In this document: in pieces, positions 13,308 through 25,034 of the stretch | Numbering within the stretch: the stretch's first letter is position 1 | How the letters are laid out: each line of letters opens with the position of its first letter | Assembly: GCF_030684315.1 (NCBI RefSeq) | Contig: NC_081369.1 | Span: forward strand, 2,284,689-2,348,688 | Direction: 5' to 3' | DNA: 64,000 nt | Source of the DNA: Stegostoma tigrinum | Lineage: Eukaryota | Position numbers and translations under genes: made by a program | The notes under the pieces: model-generated | The model's input: the letters and a program-made list of their open reading frames with translations, nothing else | Databases searched by the model: none | What the model was told of the DNA's origin: nothing

Positions 13308-14071
13308 TTTGAAAAAGAAAGGAAAACAAAAATAACTAATTTAAAATGCCACCGGCGAGAACATCAGAAAAAGAACATTTGCCTCAAGATGCCCCACTAT
13401 TGAAATAATGATTGCTATTCTTCACTGCATCTTCGCCTGCGCCCTTTTGTCCCAGATTTATTTGTTCTTTTTTAACCAGAAAACACTCGGATTCACCAGT
13501 TGCTGCTTTGCACATTCAAAAAGCCTGACAAAACCTTTCGAAGTTCTGCTGCTCATAACCGTGCTTGCTGCATTGAAAATTTAGTGTCGTAAAACTCCGT
13601 AGAACTTTTAGCATGGTCTAACCCGCTGATAGAAAGTCCTCGAGACAATGAAGTGAACATTAGAAACCATGGTAACTGCTACTTATTGGCTGAAAATTAC
13701 AGGATGTCTCACTTTTTTGAATAGTGACATTGGATTAATTAGTCTGCAATTAGCTTAACGGAGCACTTGCGCCAAATATTGAATTTAGAGAGAGTTCGAA
13801 CAGCACTTTGTTATGTTTCCCAGCACACTTTAGCATAAATCTCTTTTCATCATCTGTATAACGCGTAGGTGTTTGGAAGCCCTTCGTATTTAAAACAGCA
13901 TACAGCATCCTGACATCAACTATGACCCGAAAAGTCTATGGATTTTTCATTGTCGAAATTATATAAAAGATGAATGAGAAAATGCAGAAGGGAACTTTCT
14001 ACGGGATTAATGCAAAATATATTGGGCCTAGTCAGAGCTGCTCAAATTTATTACACACTATTTATTACACA

Positions 14072-14578
14072 CTGGGCGCCCTATTATAGGAAAGATGTGG
14101 ATGCTTTGGAGAGGGTTCAGAGGAGGTTTACCAGGATGCTGCCTGGACTGGAGGGCTTATCTTATGAAGAGAGGTTGACTGAGCTCGGTCTCTTTTCATT
14201 GGAGAAAAGGAGGAGGAGAGGGGACCTAATTGAGGTATACAAGATAATGAGAGGCATAGATAGAGTCGATAGCCAGAGACTATTTCCCAGGGCAGAAATG
14301 GCTAGCACGAGGGGTCATAGTTTTAAGCTGGTTGGTGGAAAGTATAGAGGGGATGTCAGAGGCAGGTTCTTTACGCAGAGAGTTGTGAGAGCATGGAATG
14401 CGTTGCCAGCAGCAGTTGTGGAAGCAAGGTCATTGGGGTCATTTAAGAGACTGCTGGACATGCATATGGTCACAGAAATTTGAGGGTGCATCCATGAGGA
14501 TCAATGGTCGGCACAACATTGTGGGCTGAAGGGCCTGTTCTGTGCTGTACTGTTCTATGTTCTATGTTCTATGTTCTA
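14072..14578 (+). mobile_element. Young 5'-truncated CR1 in a gene A intron (antisense to the gene)
   Basis: Open ORF2 C-terminus (WAPYYRKDVDALERVQRRF...HMVTEI) and a (gttctat)n tail. Nearly identical to 62304-62798. Confidence 0.95.
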
Positions 14579-15103
14579 CTCCAGTATTTATGTACACTTG
14601 CACAGTTCTTTCCAGGTTGACTGATTGTCAGGGTTCAGTAAAATTAGTGAGATACGACTCTTGGCCAGCATTGATATATCAAATAGTGGCTATTTCTCAG
14701 GTGAGATCATATTCAATTTAATTTCAAGCGGGAAAATTTAGCCCATTGAGTTTGAACACATGGTCATAAAAAAAGCCCATTCATATTCACAAAACTCATA
14801 GCAAGATCAGTTGGGCAACATTCTAACAATATTGCTGAATTCTAACATATGCACACTCATCTCTCCAGTGCAGGTTTTTATTTAGAAAGGAAATGAAACG
14901 AAATTTCTTCTTTTCTTCACAATGCCTACAATTCCCCTGTCGTCAAGATGGCAGATCCATGTGAGTATTCAGGGGATGACATACAAAAGTGAAATATGTG
15001 TAACCAAAGTGGAGTTAAAACGAAATGATTTAATTATGCATTTTCAGTGTTGTCTTTTTTTAGACTATTACAGTATGTGCCAAAGTGAATGACATTAACT
15101 TAC

Positions 15104-15147
15104 CATCTCTTCACTATTCACGGAATTTTCCACGTTTTTCTGCATTC
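15104..15147 (-). CDS. Gene A 44-nt cytoplasmic exon
   Basis: tttctag|GA ATG CAG AAA AAC GTG GAA AAT TCC GTG AAT AGT GAA GAG ATG|gtaagt. Phase 1 to phase 0, matching its neighbours. Confidence 0.7.
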
Positions 15148-15598
15148 CTAGAAATAAATGATATTATTATTCCTCCATGTATGTTATATTAAGCTTTCTT
15201 TTTAAAAAAATTAGCAGTAAAATCGCAGATGCTGCAATCTCAAAACTGCTAAACATTACTGCAGATTCCAACAGTACATATTTATTGCTTCAACGAATGG
15301 TTTCCAGTGCGCAACGCCAATTTTAGGCCAACGTGGCTCATGAGAGAAGAACTACCCGCTCAAAGTTTAGGGTACAGAATTGTGGGTAATTATGTTAGTC
15401 AAACTGTGAAAATGACTGGCGTTTAAGAACAGTACAGCAAATTAAACATACAGGCCAATTAAATTATTCTCCTATTCGAAAAGCAAACAAAGGTCAGAAG
15501 GGAAACTTATTATTTCAACAAAACTGATGCTATAATTGTGCTACTTTTTGCTTAGTTATTCTACTCCTTCAGAACCATCTTGTTTCGGCTCTTCTCAC

Positions 15599-15691
15599 TT
15601 TTATCTTTGGGTTTCTTTCGCTGACAGCGGCTCCCAATGATTATGATCAGCAGCATACATATTGAATGGTTGAACGCACTGTCCCTACCAG
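15599..15691 (-). CDS. Gene A transmembrane-like exon
   Basis: ttttccag| ... A|gtgaga, phase 1-1. Encodes AGRDSAFNHSICMLLIIIIGSRCQRKKPKDK, a short hydrophobic run followed by a basic stop-transfer cluster. Confidence 0.55.
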
Positions 15692-16846
15692 CTGGAAAAC
15701 AGATAATGGTGACAAAATCTATTATGTAAGTGTGGCGTGCTAACTCAGATATTTTATGATGAAAATGACAGTGTAAAGCGGAAATATAATGGTTTGAGTT
15801 TTTAGAAGACATAGACTATATGCATGTTCCCAGCGGCTAACATTATATCCGGGAAAAACAATGGTAAATCAAAACAAAATGCTGGGCAAAAAAAACTGTC
15901 AGAAAAAAAACAAAGGTTTAATAAAATTACTACAGATAATACTTTCAGCGAGAGGTGATCACTGAAATATAGCCTGAGGAAGACATGCTTCGAACTAAAT
16001 ACATCATGGTAAATGGCTTCGATAAGAGGTGGGAGAACGGAAAACAGAAGATTGAGAAGCCACATATGATAAAACTTTACATGAGCATAGCAAGATGAAT
16101 GTTTACTAGCGCAGAAAAAATGAGAATGTATACTCAGTGTGAATCGAGCAAAGAGATTGGCAGAAATTTTAATCTTGTGTTACTTTAGGTATAACTACGA
16201 AAGTGGAATACAGCAGGTAATTTTAAAAGGGTATAACACACTGAACGTAACAAAACCGGGAGTTAGGAGTGTTTATCTAAACAGAGACTTGACAAAATAA
16301 ATCTCTAAAAGCTAGTTTGCAAACAGAGATCAATTAATTCATTTGAAAAATAAACTTCCACAATAATCTATGAATGAAGCATATTGGAAACAGTCAATTT
16401 TAGATTTTGCACTGTGTAATGAACTAAAATTATGCCCCTTGGGAAATAAGTGATCATCAATGATAACATCAAAATCTTTAAGATTGACAGAGTTGCTCAT
16501 AAGTTCAAAATGTGGCTGTGAAATATAAAGAAATCCACCATCTGAAGTTGAGTGAGTGAGTCGGCCAAAGCAGATTTCAAAATAGATTTAATAATACAAA
16601 GTTAGGGAATCAAGAGCAATCATTAATTTCAACAAATCCACTTCATTAATGAAAATATTGTTCGCTGGAATATGATAAAACTATAGCCAAAGGGATGAGT
16701 TAAGAAATAGGATGTCAGCACTCTATTTTAGTGCAAATTTGGAATAATACATGCCACATTAGCTGTGTTTAAATGAAGAAATTGACACTATTGCTAATAA
16801 GAAGCAGTAAGCCTAAAGACTGGGGTTGCTTTAAAATCAGTAAAGA

Positions 16847-17150
16847 AATGGTGGCTCAGCAGTTAGCAGCTGCCTCACAGCATCAGGGACCGAGGCACGA
16901 TTCCAGCCTTGGGCAACTGTGTGTGTGGAAAATGCATATTCTCCCCATGTCTATGTGGGTTTCCTCTGAGTGCTCCAGTTTCTTCCCACAGTCCAAAAGA
17001 TGTGCAGGTTAGGTGGATTGGCCATGCTAAATTACCCCATAGAGCTCAGGGATGTGTGGGTTATAGGGGAATGGGTTTGGGTGGGATTCTCTGATGGTTG
17101 GTGTGGACTTGTTGGGCCAAAGGGCCTGTGTCCATGTTGTAGGGATTCTA
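16847..17150 (+). mobile_element. HE1-like V-SINE
   Basis: Diverged copy of 9127-9440. Confidence 0.85.
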
Positions 17151-17570
17151 TTATATACTTTGATCTTCTAAAATACACCAGGACGCAGATTCAGTCTTGC
17201 GCATAGACAAGTAGCAGATATTAGACTGCTTCTCAACAAAGAAAACATAAACAAAATGTGAGCTAGATGCAAGTTCATCTATAAAATGGCAAGGGAATGC
17301 TAAAATCTATTACTAGCAGCAACAGAATAAGACATTTATAAAATGTAATTTTGATGTGCATTAATAAGTAAGCTTTGTTATAGAATAACCTATTTGACAA
17401 ATGTGTTTGAGCATTTTGTTAGTTAAAAACAGATGAATTGACATTTGGAAATTACCAGTATCTTTGTCGAAGATATTTTGAAGGTAATTTTGAATGTTTC
17501 TGAAGCCCAGAGACATCGATAGTGGTCTCGGTGCTGAAAAGCCACATCAATGACTCAGAATCATGAATAG

Positions 17571-17822
17571 GCAGCTCTTGTGATACAATGGGAGTGTCCC
17601 TACCTCTGAACCAAGAGGCCTGGTGTCAAGTCCCACCTGCTCCAAAGGTGTGAAATGACATTTCTGGACAGGTCGTTTACAAAATATCTTTGTGTATGGA
17701 TAAAGGCCTCTTGTGGCACTGTGGTCATGTCCCTATCTCTAGGCTAGAAAATCTGGATTCACATCCCATCTGGTCCAAAGGTGAAGTTATTACATGTCTG
17801 AAACTTGTAAGTCAAAGTATTA
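17571..17822 (+). mobile_element. Tandem dimer of a short tRNA-like SINE unit
   Basis: Two related units of about 120 bp (17571-17690 and 17705-17822) sharing tcttgtg..tgtcccta.ctct..tccca.ctg.tccaaaggtg. Confidence 0.6.
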
Positions 17823-18327
17823 GCAAAGTACTGGGCTTGGAGAGAGAGTGAAAATGCTCAGAACACCAAGGTGGCTTGACAGAATCCAAGATATGTTAGC
17901 AAGTAAAATGAAAAGTTTAAAATCTTTCAAATCTAGCTATCAAACGGATTTCCCTTTTCATTACCACTGAATGGTTGATAATATTTTCACAGATATTGAT
18001 AATTATTTTGGGAGTAACTATCTCATAAAATTGTGCAAATTTTCTGCACTGAAAATATAATTGCACTTTACCAAGGGTTGAATGACAAAGCATCTTTCCA
18101 AAAAGATGCACAACATGTTATGCTCCATAAAGAGTGAAAGAGTGGCAGTGAGCATTGAATTGAGCTTCACTTCACATCTTTCAGGATTGTGTACTGACTC
18201 TGCATCCACTTCTACATATTTATTCTTCTTCTCATTCAAACAATGTTCAACCGAAGAGTGAAATAAAATGTAAATGCACACTGATATAACACAGCTCATT
18301 AGTTTGGAAAGGATGTCAGCAATCTAC

Positions 18328-18627
18328 CTTGCTGTAAATTTGGAACAATAAATGTCATATTAGCTGGAAATGGCAGGGTGATGTGTGATACTTGACACGT
18401 ATAAACAATTCCACTCTGGACAGATTTCAAAAGGCTGGAAACTTTGTAAAGCCCATCTATGTTCAATTCTTTTGTTGTCTCTGGGTGAATTGTAATTTCA
18501 ATTCCATCCTTGTACCATTTCAGAATGAACGCCTCTGAATAAAAATCATTTGTTTCACATGTGAGTTCCAAACGAGTGGAATTCAAGAAAGGCACTTTGG
18601 ACAAAATTCTCAGTGGTGTTGGTGGAA
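18328..18627 (-). CDS. Gene A Ig C1-set domain exon
   Basis: ttttgcag| ... G|gtagat, 300 nt, open. Motifs LTCETNDFYS, KWYKDG, GLYKVSSLL and YTCQVSH. Confidence 0.9.
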
Positions 18628-19317
18628 CTGCAAAAGGGGTAAAAGGCATACTGATTACATTCATTTTATAAGGAATGATTAAATAAACTGTCAATAATCA
18701 ACGGACTTTTGAATAATTGTAACTGAGTTGTATCTAGTGCATAAGGATAATCAGTAAGACTATCTCTTACTCTAATCTAAGTGATATTCAACCCAACATT
18801 GAAATATAATGTAAATACAATTTAGTGTTTTGAGTAAAGTGCAGAAATTTAAGAATAATGGACATGGCTTTGAAAGGTCAACATAAGAATATGTTGGCTT
18901 GAATGCAAAACTGTGTTGTTAGGATGATTTGAAAACGAACAATCAATTCGAACATTTTAATAAATCAGATCAGCATTTATTAGGGCAGAACACCAGGGTC
19001 AGTCCATCATTGTTCCTGAATTGTAATTCAGCCCCAAAAAGAAAGCACCATTTCATTTCAATAACTGTAAAATTCTATTGATATTAAGCACTGAGGTGGA
19101 AACACTTTTTTTGTTTCTTTCAAGGACGTGTTTATTAGTTAACATACCAAATTTCATAACATTGAAGTTGAAGCAGGTAAGAATAGAAGACAGGCATATT
19201 TGAACATAACTAATAAAAGGAACTACATATATTCTGATTTGATAAATTTCTGTAAATGACAACCATGCACCTTGGATAGTGGAGGAGTGTTTAGGGGTTG
19301 CCAAATCCCAAAAAAAT

Positions 19318-20085
19318 ACAAACAGGAAAAGGCTATTCAGCCGCACTATACTGCTCTGCCATTCAACCAGATCACAGCAGATCTTTGGCCCAACTTCATT
19401 TGCCTGACTTGGGCCCATACTGCATGATAACCTTGCTTAATAATAAAAAGAAACCTTATCTCAGATTTAAATTTGACAATTGAGTTGGCATCAACCACAG
19501 TTTGAGAAAGAGTGTTCCAATGCTCCACTACTCTCTACATGTAGAAGCAATTTCTACTATGCCTCCTGAATTGCCTGGTCCTAATTCTTAGACTGTGTCC
19601 CAGTGGAAATAATTTATAATAATAATGTATAATGAACCCAGTTTCTCCCTGGCAATTTCCTGCAAACCTCAATTAGATCCCATTCCTCCCTTAACCTTCT
19701 AAGTTCTAGAGAATAAAGGTCTAACTTGTGGAGTGTCTCTTCAGAACTTAGCCCCCCCCAAGCACAGGTATCATCTTTGTAAGCCTGTGATGAACTCTTT
19801 CCAGGGCCAAAACATCTTTCCTTAAGTGTGGTGCCCAGACCTGCTCACAACACTCCATGGTGATTCTGACTAAGTTTTTGCATAACTGCAGTATAACGTC
19901 TGCATCCCTATACCCCAGCGCTTTAGATATGAAGGCCATGTAGCATTTTAAACTATTTTCTGCACCTGTTCATGACATTTCAAAGAGCTACGCACCTAAA
20001 CCCCAGATCTGGTTGGACACCCATTGCACATAATATTGCGCTTTCTTAAAAATATGTTGATGTATCCTTTTTCAGTCTGAAACAT
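19318..20085 (-). mobile_element. CR1 3' fragment in the gene A V-C1 intron
   Basis: WAPHLRKDVLALERV and WNTLSQTVVDA. Confidence 0.85.
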
Positions 20086-20677
20086 AGCGGGCTCTTCAAA
20101 ATCACACCAAAGCACCCTTACATACAGTGTTCTACATAGATTCAAAGTTTATTTGCACACAGGCCTCATAGAATATTAAAGAAATATGCGTGACAGTGAT
20201 ACATTCCAAACTCTGTCTCAGGATTTATTCACAATTAAGATAAAGTCTCAAATATTTGAGGAAAAATACACAACATCATTTGATTTCTGACACTAACCTA
20301 GAAATATGTAGAGAAAAGCATTGAAGTTAAAGGAACACTTCAAGGTTCTGCTGAGGGTCATTTAAATTAATTTAGGGATACTAATGTTGGAACAAGCGTG
20401 CTATTTCAAATAAGCATAGAATAAACGTCGAACAAACTTCTTCATATGTTGGCTTCACTGACTTTTATACAAATAAACAATTAAACAATGTTGAATTGGT
20501 ATATGGATAGCGGAGTGAGAAGGTGAGATGTCTCCCCCAAAAGTACGGTTCAATTCGACTGTGCCCTACGTTCAGACGAATGGATTGAGTCTGCACTTTG
20601 AGAAGAGAATTTTACTTTTGCATCAGACCAAAGTTTCTTTACCTTTACTACCCGCCCCGAACCACATCTTCACTTAC

Positions 20678-20998
20678 CGAATACTTTCACGGTTGAGCCA
20701 GTTCCATTTACAATGCTGTTTCCCAGGGTTTTCACGCCCCACACATACATCCCGAAATCCTGTGCACTGATGTTCAGGAGATGAAAGGAGCCGCCTCCTT
20801 GTTTAAAAAAGCGAAATACGTTCCTGTTGCCTGAGGTTCTTTGCAGAAATTTACTTTCGCCAAGTTTCCACCAATAAATCTCGACACTGGGATTATCTTG
20901 AAAAATGGGAAATGTGCAGTAGAAGGTAACGTTTGAACCTACTCGAGCGTTCGTGCTTTCAGGCACCTGGAGGACTTGGAAATGAGCCCGAACTGCAG
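20678..20998 (-). CDS. Gene A Ig V domain exon with germline J-like motif; F-strand Cys replaced by Trp
   Basis: ttctggtag| ... G|gtaagt, 321 nt, open. HFQVLQVP..NVTFYCTF..IYWWK..DFGMYVWGV..NGTGSTVKVF. Confidence 0.9.
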
Positions 20999-21132
20999 CT
21001 ACCAGAAAATAGAGGAGTAACTATGAGTTAGATGTAAAACAGGGGCAATGAAGAGACAGTTAACAGGTCGTTAAAGAAGCAAATTTTGGTTTGATTGTAA
21101 ACATGGAAGCAAAACAAAGGTATAGAAAATAC

Positions 21133-21186
21133 CTTAGTAACGAATGACCAGAATCACAGCAAAAGATGGACGTCGTGCAGAGACAT
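21133..21186 (-). pseudogene. Gene A leader-like exon with disrupted frame
   Basis: Donor G|gtattttct is identical to the gene B leader donor and intron sizes are similar (134 vs 144 nt). The ATG frame hits TGA and the phase-1 frame ends in TAA. Confidence 0.55.
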
Positions 21187-21454
21187 GCTGAATAATAAGT
21201 CTTCATAAATAATTCTGAAGAAGGGTCAGCGGACTCCAAGCTCTTGTTTTGTCTCTACAGATGCTGTTAGAACTTCACAGATCCTCCAGCAGTTTTTAAA
21301 ATTTTCTATCTTAAATATTCATCTCTTTCCTGCCGATTAACGTTCTTATTTAAATGGAAACCTATTCACATCACCTGACGTGAGCAAGAGGAAATGGCAT
21401 TCATTGTCGATGAGCAGAATTGGAATTATGAAAAGACGTGCCTAGCATCAGTGA

Positions 21455-21975
21455 TATAGAATCATAGATTCATACAACACGGGAACGAAGACTTCGGTCC
21501 AAATGGTTCACGCTGACTAGATATTTGCCAGCACTTAACCAACATCGCTCCAATCCCTTCTTATTCATGTACTCATCCGGATGCCTCATAAGTGGTGCAA
21601 TTGTATCCAGCTCCACCACTTCCTCTGGCAGTTCGTTTCCATGTACGCACCAATCTCTGCGTGAAAGAGTTAACCCTCAGGTCCTTTTAAATTGTTCTCC
21701 TCTCACTTTACATGTATGCACTCTAGTTTTGAATTTCCCCATCATAGGAAACAGATATTGGCTTATTCACGACAGCAAAGTGTGGAGTTGGATGAACACA
21801 GCAGGCCAAGCAGCATCTCAGGAGCACAAAAGCTGACGCTTCGGGCCTAGACCCTTCATCAGAAAATGGGGATGGGGAGAGGGTTCTGAAATAAATAGGG
21901 AGAGGGGGGGAAGCGGACTGAAGATGGATATTCACCCTATCCGTGCCTCTCATGATTTTATACACCTCTATAACA
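21455..21975 (-). mobile_element. CR1 3' fragment interrupted by a Penelope pLTR (about 21771-21929)
   Basis: YKIMRGTDRV at 21930-21965, with pLTR sequence gagttggatgaacacagcagg...cccttcatcag inserted. Confidence 0.8.
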
Positions 21976-22878
21976 GCTTTTTTGTTCCCTCCGAAGACTC
22001 CGGAAGGCTCAGTTCACACACCTGAAGTTTGTTTTAGGTTGTCTGATAACTCTCCTTATCACCCCAGTGAATTACTTATCTGTTGAGCTTTAGTTTTCCT
22101 TTGGCAACCCTTCAGCAACACAGTATTACCACGCTGATCGTGACACGGCAGCAAGGCTCAAACAACAGCACCAAAAGTAAGTAGATGTAGTACTGAAATC
22201 ATCGTAGGTGCCATTATCAACTAAACATCCGCAAAATATTGAACAGTGCTCGGATTGCAAACTCTCTGGCAGACATAATGAAGACGCGATGGTAGTGTGG
22301 GTAAGTCATTTTAATTTCATGATTTAAAAAATCGTTATCAGTAATCTGCTTTCTGTCGATTTGCTTATCATGGAATCATTTTACTGCTACCTTGATAATT
22401 ACACATCCCTCAATTGCGCTGGCAAGTGACGAAAAAAACGTCTTTGAATGCCGATCAAAGTAAATCCAATTTTCAAATATATCAGGCAAACATATCAAAC
22501 ACGATTTGGTATTGAAATATTCAGGTTTACTGTTGTAACTGTGGCATGATATTTTTCCAATTCAAAATATGTTTTGATCCAGATTATGTTTGAAGCCAGC
22601 GGCCAGTCTACTGTTTTGTGGTTCCACACTCGATCGTCTGGCCATACGTGAACAAGAGCGTAGCCTCGGCAATCCTCTAGGCCCCGGGTCCCCCCCCAAC
22701 CCTGCCCCGTATGCAATGAGAATTACAAGATTCTGGTCAGAGTTTGCAGCAGGATTCAGCTTTAGTTCCTTCTGTTGGTTTTCAACTCTGGGCACTCTTA
22801 ATAGTTCACAACCCTGTATATATATCTTTTCTTGTCTAAAATTCTTCACCAACCTTCCTGGCTTCGGGAAGGTTTGGG

Positions 22879-23120
22879 ATGTCATGACTTCTGCCAGAGA
22901 GTGGTGGGCTTGTGGAATTCATTGCCACGGAGTGCAGTGGAGACCAGGACGTTAGATGCCTTCAAGGCAGAGATCAACAAATTCTTGATCTCACAAGGAA
23001 TCAAGGGCTACAGGGAGAGTGCAGGGAAGTGGAGTTGAAATGCCCATCAGCCATGATTTAATTGGCAGAGTGGACTTGATGGGCTGAATGGCCTTACTTC
23101 CACTCCTAGGTCTTATGGTC
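22879..23120 (+). mobile_element. CR1 3' end
   Basis: FCQRVVGLWNSLPRSAVE followed by the 3' UTR. Confidence 0.85.
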
Positions 23121-23124
23121 TTTT

Positions 23125-24600
23125 CCTCCAATGAGGAAGGGGATTTTTATGGAGCCTCCTCCTCTGGTGAGTTTCAAATTGTCCACCACCATTCACAACC
23201 AGATGTGGCAGAACCGCACAGCTTAGATTTGATCTGTTGGTTGTGGACTCTCTTAGCTCTGTCTATCACTCACTGCTTATTCTGTTTGACACACACATTT
23301 CATTAACAGTTCATTTATGGCTATGCCTGGTGCTGTTCTTGTCATGGTTTCCTACATTTTCCTTTGTATCAGGTTGATTGCCTGGCTTGGTGGTAGTGGT
23401 TGAATGGGGAATATGTCAGGCTATGGAGATTACAGATTGCACTGGAGTACAATTCTGCTGCAGTTGATGGCTCACAGCACATCATGGATGTCCAGAATTG
23501 AGTTTGAAGTCTGTCAAATTTAGCCCAGCGAGAGTGCCACAAAACACATTGGATAGTATTCTCAACATGAACATAGAACATAGAACAATACAGCACAGTA
23601 CAGGCCCTTCAACCCTCGATGTTGTGCCGACCTGTTATACCAATCTGAAGCCCATCTAACCTACACTATTCCATGTACGTCCATATGCTTGTCCAATGAT
23701 GACTTAAATGTACTTAAAGGCAAAGCTTCATCTCCCCAAGGACTGTGCGGTCATCCATCTCACTGATACTGTCATAACAGATGTATCTACAAACAGCAAA
23801 TTGGGCAGGATCAGTTGAAAGCTTTTTCCCTCTTTTTGGTTCCCTCACAATCAGCCGCAGACCCAGTGGAGCAGTTATGTCCTTTTGGACTCGATCAGCG
23901 TGATCAGTAGTGATGCCGCTGAGCCACACTTGGTAATGGACATTGAACTCCCCCACCCAGAGTACATCTTGTGCCCTTGCCACCCTTTGTGTTTACCCAA
24001 ATATTTCTTTTGTTAACATGGAGTAATACTGATTCTTCGACTGAGGAAGGATGGTAAGTGGTAGTCAGCGCAGATTTCCATGCCCATGTTTGACCTTGTG
24101 CCATGGAATGCCATGGTGTCTGGAGTCAATGTCGAGGAATCTAGGGCAACTCCATGTCAACTGTATACCACTGTGCTATCATCTCTGCTGGGTGCATCTG
24201 ACTAGTTCTGGAACAGTGATGGTGGTGTCGAGGGACATCGTCTGTAGGGTGTGATTACGTGAGTCTGTGCATGTCAGCATGTTGCTGGACCAATCTGTGA
24301 GACAGCTTTCCCAATTTTGGCATTATTCCCCAGCTGTTAGTAAGGAGGGTTTTGCAGAGTCAGCAGTTTGCTGTTGTTGTTTCTGATGCCTAGGTTGATA
24401 TCATGTGGTCCATCTGGTTCCTTTTCCATTTTGAGATTTTATGGCAATTGTTACAACTGAGTGTGGGTTATTTCAGAGGGCACTTAAAGAGCCACTACAT
24501 TGCTGTGCATTTGGAGTCACATATAGGCCAGACCAGGTAAGGATAACAGATTTCTTTCTCTCAACAGCATTAGTTAACTAGATGGGGTTTCAACCCAACA
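23125..24600 (-). mobile_element. Degraded L2-like LINE endonuclease region plus SacSINE-like core, with a nested CR1 tail (23568-23716)
   Basis: VLWVGEFNVHYQVWL (AP-endonuclease GDFN motif). The (catagaa)n CR1 tail lies at 23568-23590. Confidence 0.7.
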
Positions 24601-24616
24601 GTGAACAATGGTTTCA

Positions 24617-24834
24617 GAGATAATGGGAACTGCAGACGCTGGAGACTCCAAGACAACAAAATGTGAGGCTGGATGAACACAGCAGGCCAAGCAGCATCTC
24701 AGGAGCACAAAAGCTGACGTTTCGGGCCTAGACCCTTCATCTCTGATGAAGGGTCTAGGCCCGAAACGTCAGCTTTTGTGCTCCTGAGATGCTGCTTGGC
24801 CTGCTGTGTTCATCCAGCCTCACATTTTGTTGTC
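24617..24834. mobile_element. Young fold-back Penelope pLTR element with perfect 90-bp arms
   Basis: 24652-24741 is the exact reverse complement of 24745-24834, with a tct loop. Flanked by cagtgaacaatggtt repeats. Confidence 0.92.
24743..24770 (+). ncRNA. Minimal hammerhead ribozyme core
   Basis: CUGAUGA-AGGGUCUAGGCCC-GAAA-C-GUC. Confidence 0.7.
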
Positions 24835-24848
24835 AGTGAACAATGGTT

Positions 24849-25034
24849 AATAAGGTGTAGAGCTGGATGAACACAGCAGGCCAAGCAGCATCTTTGGAGC
24901 AGAAAAGCTGACATTTCAGGCCTAGACCCTTCATCAGAAACTAGGCCCAAAACGTCAGTTTTTCTGCTCCTAAGATGTTTGTTATCTTGTTATCTCAGAT
25001 TCTCCATCATCTGCAGTTCCTATTATCTCTGATA
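24849..25034. mobile_element. Older fold-back Penelope pLTR element
   Basis: Diverged inverted pLTR arms followed by cagtcaacaatggtttca. Confidence 0.8.

Larger units (their letters stand above)
13062..21186 (-). pseudogene. Gene A: VJ-C1-TM-ITIM IgSF receptor (SIRP/NKp30-like), probably pseudogenised
   Basis: Exons 21133-21186 (leader-like, broken frame), 20678-20998 (V), 18328-18627 (C1), 15599-15691 (TM-like), 15104-15147 and 13062-13307 (ITIM tail). Splice phases are compatible (1-1-1-1-0). Lesions are listed under findings. Confidence 0.7.

Noticed and set aside
24652-24834. Pre-miRNA or DNA-transposon MITE
   Set aside because: The arms are Penelope pLTR sequence and the TSD is long and variable, which fits a retroelement inversion.
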